From Macrostomum hystrix (taxonomy: Eukaryota > Animalia > Platyhelminthes): a stretch of DNA of 64,000 nt. The notes beneath the pieces are model-generated. The model saw only the letters and a list, made by a program, of their open reading frames with translations. It was not told the origin of the DNA and ran no database searches. Shown in pieces: positions 26,648-38,100 of this stretch. The DNA is taken from contig CATNEN010000003.1 in the NCBI GenBank assembly GCA_950097015.1, positions 1,426,001 to 1,490,000 of the forward strand, given 5' to 3'. Position numbers and translations under genes: made by a program. The first letter of the stretch is position 1. The number at the start of each line of letters is the position of its first letter.

Positions 26648-28347
26648 CACTTACAACCGGATCTAATTTCACTTAACAACCGGATCTAATTTCACTTAAC
26701 AACCGGATCTAATTTCACTTAACAACCGGATCTCATTTCACTTAACAACCGGATCTAATTTCACTTAACAACCGGATCTAATTTCACTTAACAACCGGAT
26801 CTAATTTCACTTAACAACCGGATCTAATTTCACTTAACAACCGGATCTAATTTCACTTAACAACCGGATCTAATTTCACTTAACAACCGGATCTAATTTC
26901 ACTTAACAACCGGATCTAATTTCACTTAACAACCGGATCTAATTTCACTTAAAAACCGAATCTAATTTCACTTAAAAACCGAATCTAATTTCACTTAACA
27001 ACCGGATCTAATTTCACTTAACAACCGGATCTAATTTCACTTAAAAACCAAATCTAATTTCACTTAACAACCGGATCTAATTTCACTTAACAACCGGATC
27101 TAATTTCACTTAACAGCGGAATCTAATTTCACTTAACAACCGAATCTAATTTCACTTAACAACCGAATCTAATTTCACTTAACAACCGAATCTAATTTCA
27201 TTTAACAACGGAATCTAATTTCACTTAACAACCGGATCTAATTTCACTTAACAGCGGAATCTAATTTCACTTAACAACCGGATCTAATTTCACTTAACAA
27301 CCGGATCTAATTTCACTTAATTACCGGATCTAATTTCACTTAAGAATCGAATCTAATTTCACTTAACAACGGAATCTAATTTCACTTAACAACCGGATCT
27401 AATTTCACTTATCAACCGGATCTAATTTCACTTAACAACCGGATCTAATTTCACTTAAAAACCGAATCTAATTTCCCTTAACAACCGGATCTAATTTCAC
27501 TTAACAACCGGATCTAATTTCACTTAACAACCGAATCTAATTTCACTTAACAACCGGATCTAATTTCCCTTAACAACCGGATCTCATTTCACTTAACAAC
27601 CGGATCTAATTTCACTTAACAACCGAATCTAATTTCACTTAACAACCGGATCTAATTTCACTTAACAACCGGATCTAATTCACTTAATAACCGGATCTAA
27701 TTTCACTTAACAACGGAATCTAATTTCACTTAACAACCGGATCTAATTTCACTTAACAACCGGATCTAATTTCACTTAACAACCGGATCTAATTTCACTT
27801 AACAACCGAATCTAATTTCACTTAACAACCGGATCTAATTTCCCTTAACAACCGGATCTAATTTCACTTAACAACCGGATCTAATTTCACTTAACAACCG
27901 AATCTAATTTCACTTAACAACCGGATCTAATTTCACTTAACAACCGGATCTAATTTCACTTAACAACCGGATCTAATTTCACTTAACAACCGGATCTAAT
28001 TTCACTTAACAACCAGATCTAATTTCCCTTAACAACCGGATCTAATTTCACTTAACAACCGGATCTAATTTCACTTAACAACCGAATCTAATTTCACTTA
28101 ACAACCGGATCTAATTTCACTTAACAACCGGATCTAATTCACTTAATAACCGGATGTAATTTCACTTAAGAACCGAATCTAATTTCACTTAACAACGGAA
28201 TCTAATTTCACTTAACAACCGAATCTAATTTCACTTAACAACGGAATCTAATTTCACTTAACAATTCCGGATCTAATTTCACTTAACAACGGAATCTAAT
28301 TTCACTTAACAATTCCGGATCTAATTTCACTTAACAACCGAATCTAA
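26648..28347. repeat. 23-bp minisatellite, ~74 units
   Basis: Seen directly; same unit as 5705. Confidence 0.95.
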
Positions 28348-29103
28348 AAGGCGAAAAACGAAAGCAAAAGCGAACGCAGAAAAGACACGCAGAACGAAAA
28401 GTTTTTCTTGGTGAAAAAATATGTTGTTAAATATTGAATTAATTTTTAGGCATAAAATCACATTTTTTGTATTGTCACTTATATTGTTTTCTAGATTTCT
28501 CTACCTTTTGTGTCCAGAATCTTGTAAATTCAGCTTCAAATTTCACCCTGTGTCGAATTATGGATTCTGTTTTTGTAGTCAGGAGACTGTTTTGCATCAC
28601 GTTGCTGTTCATGTTTGCCTCGATACCGCAGCCAGTGTTATTCGGATCGGTTACTAATTTCCAGATAATAGAGTCTTGTCGATTAGAATTAGAGTGAAGC
28701 CTAATTCTAATTAGAGTGATAATTATGTTTATCATTGAATTAGTGGAAGTGTAAAATGGTTCAAATATTCGTTAGACTTTTGAAGACCTATAGATTGCGC
28801 AATCGAGGTGGAACGACATTTTCATCAGACATTATTGCTAAGAAAACAAGAAGTATTAGAATCTGCCGCAGATTTTCCGGCTTTGCTAACGTAAATCGTT
28901 CGGCTTTTTAAAGAACTTTGAAATCATTCGAGAACGATAGTGACGGTGTGGCCCATGCGGCGCAGACTGTTAGCATTATGCTTGAAACATAGTGATCTGT
29001 CAACTGAGCAGTTTATCGTTTCTTAGGCACTGATTTGTCTAGGCACTGAAATGTCTGAGCAAGTTGGACAAACATGGGTGACTTGCTGCTGCTGCTGTGA
29101 CTC

Positions 29104-32100
29104 CTAAACAATGAGCGGTCCAGAGGATGCGGCCGTGTCTATAGTTCTATTTGGGTAGGCATTGCTGTTCGCAGTGTATTTGCAGCTATAAATGGTTGGG
29201 TAATCGTAGGTTTCGCATCCCTGGGCTGGCGCTGTCGGAGTAGGATACGGTCGTACTTCAATGAATTTCTTCTTCTCACAGGCTTTGCAGCAGGTGAACA
29301 GCCTGAAGCCGTGGCTAGTCCATACCTGCCGGCGCGATGAAGAATAGCCCTGCGTTTGAGAATGACAAAAAATGTTTATCTCAGGACTGAGAATCGAACT
29401 CTCGACCTCAGGTGAAAAGTCTGAAAGTCTAACGACTATATAGGCTGGTTTTCGCCTAAAAATACACAATGGAGATAGGAATTTTTCAGTTTTTGCACTT
29501 TTAAAAGGCGATAGTTTTTTTGGAAGCAGACCCAAAGATCCTCTTATGATTTAACTTTCCTAACATGTTGTTCCTAGGAATTTGACGAAACATTTTTTCC
29601 TTTAAAATTTGAATATCTAACTATTTAAAAGTCAATAAATCATAAGGTTTAGAGACTAATCTTATAATATTCATAAATAAATTCATTTAAGCACATATAG
29701 AAAAGGAAGGAAAAAACCCTTATTGTTCATAAATCAAGCCTGACAGAAACGATGAAGAATTATTTTTTGCTGAGAATTAAAACTTCCACAAACGTAGTTT
29801 CCCTTCATACTACTCCTATCGGTCTTTGAGTAGTATTGCAATTCAAAACGGTAATACACATCTGTGCAGCTTACCAGTGTGACTTTTATGGTAACGAGGG
29901 CTGTTATCGAAATTAGCAGAATAACAATGGTACTGCCGGCTACAGATAAGAAGACTTTGTTGCTATGTGTCAGGAAACCGTTGTAACTAGCTGGAATAAT
30001 TAACATTCATTTATAATCAATGCACGAGTCACCCACATTAAAGTTAATTCAACTCACGACATACTACTTACACTTGACACATTGGTAGAATCGTTCGCCT
30101 GACACCTCACCCTTGCAAACACCGCTGGCCTGACACCTCACCCCTTGCAAACACCACTGGCCTGACAACTCACCCCATGCAAACACCACTGGCCTGACAC
30201 CTCACCCCTTGCAAACACCGCTGGCCTGACACCTCACCCCTTGCAAACACCACTGGCCTGACACCTCACCCCATGCAAAAACCACTGGCCTGACACCTCA
30301 CCCCTTGCAAACACCACTGGCCTGACACCTCACCCCTTGCAAACACCACTGGCCTGACAACTCACCCCATGCAAACACCACTGGCCTGACACCTCACCCC
30401 ATGCAAACACCACTGGCCTGACACCTCACCCCATGCAAACACCACTGGCCTGACACCTCACCCCTTGCAAACACCACTGGCCTGACACCTCACCCCTTGC
30501 AAACACCACTGGCCTGACACCTCACCCCTTGCAAACACCACTGGCCTGACACCTCACCCCTTGCAAACACCACTGGCCTGACACCCATTGAAACACCACC
30601 AAAAAGTCAGTAAAAGCATTCTACTCAGAAAAAAGCAGTTTAAAGCTTGCCATGTTCACTGCCTTCAAACAATTGAAAATCGATGACGCGACTTTCAACA
30701 GCCGGGTAAGGCACTCCAGTTTGTTCAACTGAACAGCGAACCAGCCAAGGATTATGACGCATCCACTGACGAAAGTGCAACTGATGAATGCTGATAAACT
30801 GGTCTTGCTGAAATGTTAGACAACGAGCCCTAAATTTAATTGATTTGCTAGTGAGCAGTACAAAGACTATGGGGATAATTAGAATTGCCAAATCTTTTTT
30901 CGGTGTCTCTCAAAACACCGCTGGCTGCGGGTCTAGTGTCACCAAATGATGTGTCATTTCCTGCAGCCCTCCAGCAATTAAAAAAACTAATGTCTGCTTT
31001 TATTGCTGATTATACTGTATCGATGATATTGTTAACGGCTAATGTGATAAGAACCATTGAATTATATAGTTCGTAATCTAACCTTTGTCTTGTCGAGTAA
31101 TTCCTCAGTTCGGTTATCTGTGGCGTTGACGAGCCAGCAGCGGTGAAGCACGCCCCAATGACTGCAGCTGTGCGATGTAACATATATGGATCTAGAGATT
31201 CCCTCACGGTCACGATTATGGCTAAACCAGCCAAGGTCTACTTTTGTTGCGCAAGGAGCTGAAATTTTAATAACATTATCCTAATCATATCCCAGATTTA
31301 GACAAACTTATGCTCATATAGAGTGCTCAACAGACAAAACGATTGTGACAAGCAATAGGTAATAGAGGACAGAATTGGGTGGACGGAGGTGAGATGAGAC
31401 CTGGAAGAGATGAGATAGGGGAGAGAGGAGAAAAGGGGAAGAGTTGAGACGGGAGAGATAAGACAGGAGAGAGATGAGACAGGGAGAGAGATGAGACAAG
31501 AGAGAGATGAGACATGGGAGAGATAAGACAGAAGAGAGATGTGACAGGGGAGAGATGAGACAGGGGAGAGATGAGACAGGAGAGAGATGAGACAGGGAGA
31601 GAGATGAGACAGGAGAGAGATGAGACAGGGAGAGAGATGAGACAAGAGAGAGATGAGACATGGGAGAGATAAGACAGAAGAGAGATGTGACAGGGGAGAG
31701 ATGAGACAGGGGAGAGATGAGACAGGAGAGAGATGAGACATGGGAGAGATGAGACAGGAGAGAGATGAGACATGGGAGAGATGAGACAGGAGGGAGATGA
31801 GACACGGGAGAGATGAGGCAGGGGAGAGATGAGACGGGGGAATGAGACAGGAGAGAAATGAGACACGAGAGAGATGAGACAGGGGGGAGATAAGACAGAG
31901 CTGATTTACAGAAATCAACTATTTGAAGACCCCTGTAAAACATCGGTTTACCAGAAATCCTGTTGACAGTGAACGTTTCACCGATTTTCTTGATAAACTG
32001 ATTCTGCTGAATAGCATGGCACTTGATGGAGGCTTCCATTAGCGAGTTCGTCACCAAAATTTCGTAGATTGAAGTCAGGCTTAACGCTGTGCGATTTCGT

Positions 32101-35100
32101 TTCGACTTAGTCGATTCTCTGATCTAAAATTGGGAGAAATCCACAAAAATGTATAGACCGGGGCACAACAAGATAAATAAGGCGGATAGGCCCGTAATTG
32201 AGTTAAGGTAATAATTTATCTTTCTTTTCATTTTTTCATTATTTCTCATTTAGAGCGCACAACTCGTGTATAATTATTTCAGTTTTTTTTAAAGATTAAT
32301 TTTGTCAAATTTGTATTTAACTAGCTTTTTTTGCCCGTTGTTTTTGGGGCAGAAATTTAAAGCAAAGCAGTAAGCAATTCACGTCTCTGTATTAACTTTA
32401 TAGTGAAGGTCACCATTTATTTATTTACTGCATTAATGAAAAGTGAAGAGTTTGTTTAAGGGCGTTTTAAGTAAAAAATAAGTGAAAAGTTTGTCCAAAC
32501 AGCCCCCTCTTGATTACTTCTTTAGAAACATGTTTCTTAGCCACTCCTCTATACAGTCAGTGGCAGATCCAGGAATTTTGTTTTGGGGCGGTCTGTCAGG
32601 GGAGCGCCATGAGAATCACAGAGGGGGTGCCAGCGGCCGAAAAAGGGCGCCAGGAGCCAAGAAAGGGCGCCAGCGGCTGAAAAACGGGAGCCAGCGGCTG
32701 AAAAAGGGGCGCCAGCGGCCGAAAAGGGGCGCCAGTGCTGCGACTGGCGCCCCTGGTGGGGGCATCTTATTCCCATGATTAAAATTTAGGGGGGCGACTG
32801 CCCCCCCCGCCCCCCCCCTAAATCTGCCTCTGTATACAGTATGCATGTGCACGCGTATACATAAGGAAAATAGCCATGGCTGCATGGCATAACAATAACA
32901 ATGTCAAAGAAACAAAATTAAACTGTTTCAGAGTTCAGAGTTAGACAGGTCAAGGTTAATTCGTGACTACTTTTCTATTAATTGCTTGCGAGTCACCTCA
33001 AGGCCTGGGGATACACCACATTCTTCGTTCTTCCCCTTGGTGCGAAAATGAATAGGCCAGCTGGAGTTCCGACACGGGAGCAGGCGACATAAAGCTGCCC
33101 ATGCGAGAAGCAAGGAGTCTCCAGGTTGATGCCAGCCACCTTCAGCGACTGTCCCTGAGCCTTGTTAATAGTCATCGCAAAGCACACTCTCACAGGGAAC
33201 TGCAGTCGCTTGAACTGAAATGGCAGGTCCGTGGGGATAATTGGAATCCGGGGAACGAACACAGACTCTCCTCTGCCAGATCCAGTCATTATCGTGGCCT
33301 CAATCACGTGTGGGAAGAGCCGCCTGACTATCAGTCTGGTGCCGTTACACAGCCTTGGCGCATTCAGGTTGCGGAGGAGCATAATTGGTGCCCCAACTTT
33401 CAGCTGCAAGTTGTGCGATGGAGTTCCAGGAGGATCTAGAGAGTTCAGAAACTCAACAGGATACTCCACAGCGGTGTCATCAGTCAACGTTGTATCAATT
33501 GACTTGTAGGTGAAAACTGCACCTGGCAACTCCTGAAGCAGTTGGTAGTTAATTTCGTTGGCGGCATCATTTCTAGGACACAGAATTGCCCTCTCTGACA
33601 GCCAGTCAACGTCAGCATATCGAACCATCAGGTTCGGTTAAACTTTTGCCTTGAGCTCCTGCACTGACTGCACAATGGTTCCGATTGTAGCGATCGATGA
33701 CTGCCCATCCTCGGTGCTAATCTCCAGCAGACCATTGCCGATTCGCAATAGATTGGCAGAGAACTCATGAGCTGTTTCGTCTCCTTGAATTGTAGCTCTC
33801 ATGTTTGTTCGTAGGTGCAACTTCACAACCGATGGCCACAGGTGAGATGATTTTAGGCAAGCATTAATCTCATCAGCAGGAGTGCCACGCGGAATCACAG
33901 GCAGCGTCTGTCTAAAGTCTCCAGACAGCAGCAGAGTGACACCACCCATCAGTTGATCGCCAGCCTCTCTCTTTCTTCTATCCCAGGCTGGCTGGAGAGA
34001 AATATCGACCGGAGAGCCCTGCGCACTGGGACGCCACCGCACTCACCGCACTCAGTCTCAGTGCTGCTTGGGGGCCAGTAGACAGTCTAGGGGTTTGGGC
34101 TGTGCACATTCACGGCTTGAAATACAATGTACAGTCTGGGGCTTCGGCGCCCGGGGAAGGGAGGGGGTGGCTGTAATAAAATTTGGCCCGCAGAGTGGCG
34201 GAGGGGAGTTGGGGTGGCTGTCCTCGGAAAACAAAAAGTGACTCACTTTGAGATGATGCAGCTTTGCTCTGGATTGAGTAGAGATGTTCAAAATTGTCAG
34301 CATTGTCGGAAAACATGTAAAGTGTAAGTGGATCAAATTTGGAGAAAATCTGACAAAGTGGGGCGACGATATGTCGAATTGAGTGATTTTTTGACGATTT
34401 TTGAGCAGTTTTTTGCACTTTTGAGCAGGAAGGAAATGATTTTTCGGGAATTTGAGTAGCCTATTGCACTCAGCGTAGGTGGTTTTAGGTATGTGCAAAG
34501 TTTGGTGCGATTTGGTTGAGCGGTTTCGGCGTCTATAAAGACAAAAGGTTGCACACACACAGACAGACACACACACACACAGACAGAGTTTTCACTTTTA
34601 TATATATAGATTTTGAATTTGAATCTAATTTGCGTCAATTTTTTACTGACAGCTCAATTGACCCAAAAAAACTTTTTAGTACAACCTGCAACTTGTTATC
34701 TAATAAACGAAAATATGCGTGCATTTAACTGCGTGAGGCTCCGTGATTTAATACGCAAATGTACGAGTAATCACTGATTGTGTGACTGAATTATCGATTA
34801 GTGTGACTGAATTATCGATTAGTGTGACTGAATTATCGATTAGTGTGACTGAATTATCAATTAGTGTGGGTGAATTATTGATTAGTGTGGGTGAATTATT
34901 GATTAGTGTGGGTCAATTATTGATTAGTGTGGGTGAATTATCGACTAGTGTGACTGAATTATCTATTAGTGTTGGTGAATTATGGATTAGAGTCGGTTAA
35001 TTATCGATTATTGTGGCTGAATTATCGATTAGTGTGGCTGAATTATCGACTAGTGTGACTGAATTATCTATTAGTGTGACTGAATCATCGATTAGTGTGA

Positions 35101-38100
35101 CTGAATTATCGATTAGTGTGACTGAATAATCGATTAGTGTGGGTGAATGATCGATTAGTGTGACTGAATTATCGATTAGTGTGACTGAATTATCGATTAG
35201 TGTGACTGAATTATCTATTAGTGTGACTGAATCATCGATTAGTGTGACTGAATTATCGATTAGTGTGACTGAATAATCGATTAGTGTGGGTGAATGATCG
35301 ATTAGTGTGACTGAATTATCGATTAGTGTGACTGAATAATCGATTAGTGAGGGTGAATTATCGATTAGTGTGACTGAATTATCGATTAGTGTGGCTGAAT
35401 TATCGATTAGTGTGACTTAATTATCGACTAGTGTGACTGAATTATAGATTAGTGCGACTAAATTATCGACTAGTGTGACTGAATCATCGACTAGTGTGAC
35501 TGAATTATCGACTAGTGTGACTGAATTATCGATTAGTGTGACTGAATTATCGACTAGTGTGACTGAATTATCGATTAGTGCGACTGAATTGTCGATTAGT
35601 GTGACTGAATTATCGATTAGTGTGACTGAATTATCGATTAGTGTGACTGAATTATCGATTAGTGTGACTGAATTATCGATTAGTGTGACTGAATTATCGA
35701 TTAGTGTGACTGAATTATCGATTAGTGTGACTGAATTATCGATTAGTGTGACTGAATTGTCGATTAGTGTGACTGAATTATCGATTAGTGTGACTGAATT
35801 ATCGACTAGTGTGACTGAATTGTCGATTAGTGTGACTGAATTATCGATTAGTGTGACTGAATCATCGATTAGTGTGACTGAATTATCGATTAGTGTGACT
35901 GAATAATCGATTAGTGTGGGTGAATGATCGATTAGTGTGACTGAATTATCGATTAGTGTGACTGAATAATCGATTAGTGTGGGTGAATTATCGATTAGTG
36001 TGACTGAATTATCGATTAGTGTGGCTGAATTATCAATTTGTGTGGGTGAATTATTGATTAGTGTGACTGAATAATCGATTAGTGAGGGTGAATTATCGAT
36101 TAGTGTGACTGAATTATCGATTAGTGTGACTGAATTATCGATTAGTGTGACTTAATTATCGACTAGTGTGACTGAATTATAGATTAGTGCGACTAAATTA
36201 TCGACTAGTGTGACTGAATCATCGACTAGTGTGACTGAATTGTCGATTAGTGTGACTGAATTATCGATTAGTGTGACTGAATTATCGACTAGTGTGACTG
36301 AATTATCGATTAGTGCGACTGAATTGTCGATTAGTGTGACTGAATTATCGATTAGTGTGACTGAATTATCGATTAGTGTGACTGAATTATCGATTAGTGT
36401 GACTGAATTATCGATTAGTGTGACTGAATTATCGATTAGTGTGACTGAATTATCGATTAGTGTGACTGAATTATCGATTAGTGTGACTGAATTGTCGATT
36501 AGTGTGACTGAATTATCGATTAGTGTGACTGAATTATCGACTAGTGTGACTGAATTGTCGATTAGTGTGACTGAATTATCTATTAGTGTGACTGAATCAT
36601 CGATTAGTGTGACTGAATTATCGATTAGTGTGACTGAATAATCGATTAGTGTGGGTGAATGATCGATTAGTGTGACTGAATTATCGATTAGTGTGACTGA
36701 ATAATCGATTAGTGTGGGTGAATTATCGATTAGTGTGACTGAATTATCGATTAGTGTGGCTGAATTATCAATTTGTGTGGGTGAATTATTGATTAGTGTG
36801 GGTGAATTATCGATTAGTGTGGCTGAATTATCGATTAGTGTGGGTGAGTTATGGATTAGTGTGGGTGCATTTTCGAATAGTGTCGCTGAATTATCGATTA
36901 GTGTGCCCGAATTATCGATTAGTGTTGGTGAGTTATCGATTAGTGTGCGTGCATTTTCGATTTGTGTGGGTGCATTTTCGATTAGTGTGGGTGAATTATC
37001 GATTAGTGTGACTGAATTATCGATTAGTGTGACTGAATTATCGATTAGTGTGACTGAATTATCTATTAGTGTGGGTGAATTATTGGTTAGTGTGGGTGAA
37101 TTATCGATTAGTGTGGGTGAATTATCGATTAGTGTGGCTGAATTATCGACTAGTGTGACTGAATTATCTATTAGTGTGACTGAATCATCGATTAGTGTGA
37201 CTGAATTATTGATTAGTGTGGGTGAATTATCGATTAGTGTGGCTGAATTATCGACTAGTGTGACTGAATTATCTATTAGTGTGACTGAATCATCGATTAG
37301 TGTGACTGAATTATTGATTAGTGTGGGTGAATTATCGATTAGTGTGGCTGAATTATCGACTAGTGTGACTGAATTATCTATTAGTGTGACTGAATCATCG
37401 ATTAGTGTGACTGAATTATTGATTAGTGTGGGTGAATTATTGATTAGTGTGGGTCAATTATTGATTATTGTGGCTGAATTATCGATTAGTGTGGCTGAAT
37501 TATCGACTAGTGTGACTGAATTATCTATTAGTGTGACTGAATCATCGATTAGTGTGACTGAATTATCGATTAGTGTGACTGAATCATCGATTAGTGTGAC
37601 TGAATAATCGATTAGTGTGGGTGAATGATCGATTAGTGTGACTGAATTATCGATTAGTGTGACTGAATAATCGATTAGTGTGGGTGAATGATCGATTAGT
37701 GTGACTGAATTATCGATTAGTGTGGCTGAATTATCAATTTGTGTGGGTGAATTATTGATTAGTGTGGGTGAATTATCGATTAGTGTGGCTGAATTATCGA
37801 TTAGTGTGACTTAATTATCGACTAGTGTGACTGAATTATAGATTAGTGCGACTAAATTATCGACTAGTGTGACTTAATCATCGACTAGTCTGACTGAATT
37901 GTCGATTAGTGTGACTGAATTATCGATTAGTGTGACTGAATTATCGACTAGTGTGACTGAATTATCGATTAGTGTGACTTAATTATCGATTAGTGTGACT
38001 GAATTATCGACTAGTGTGACTGAATTATCGATTAGTGCGACTGAATTGTCGATTAGTGTGACTGAATTATCGATTAGTGTGACTGAATTATCGATTAGTG

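Larger units (their letters stand above)
32321..34610 (-). mobile_element. Helitron, internally deleted / non-autonomous, 2290 bp
   Basis: The minus strand starts TCTATATATATAAAA followed by a (TG)n microsatellite. It ends with a GCCC..GGGC hairpin and CTAG. Inserted between A and T with no TSD. The empty site GTATTTAA|TTTTGAA is at 10721-10735. Confidence 0.95.

Noticed and set aside
23977-28347. CRISPR-like appearance of the short-repeat arrays
   Set aside because: The units are head-to-tail with no unique spacers, no cas genes are present, and the context is eukaryotic.
30645-30662. Non-canonical GC donor at receptor exon 10
   Set aside because: An in-phase GT donor lies 9 nt upstream; the choice cannot be made without RNA data.
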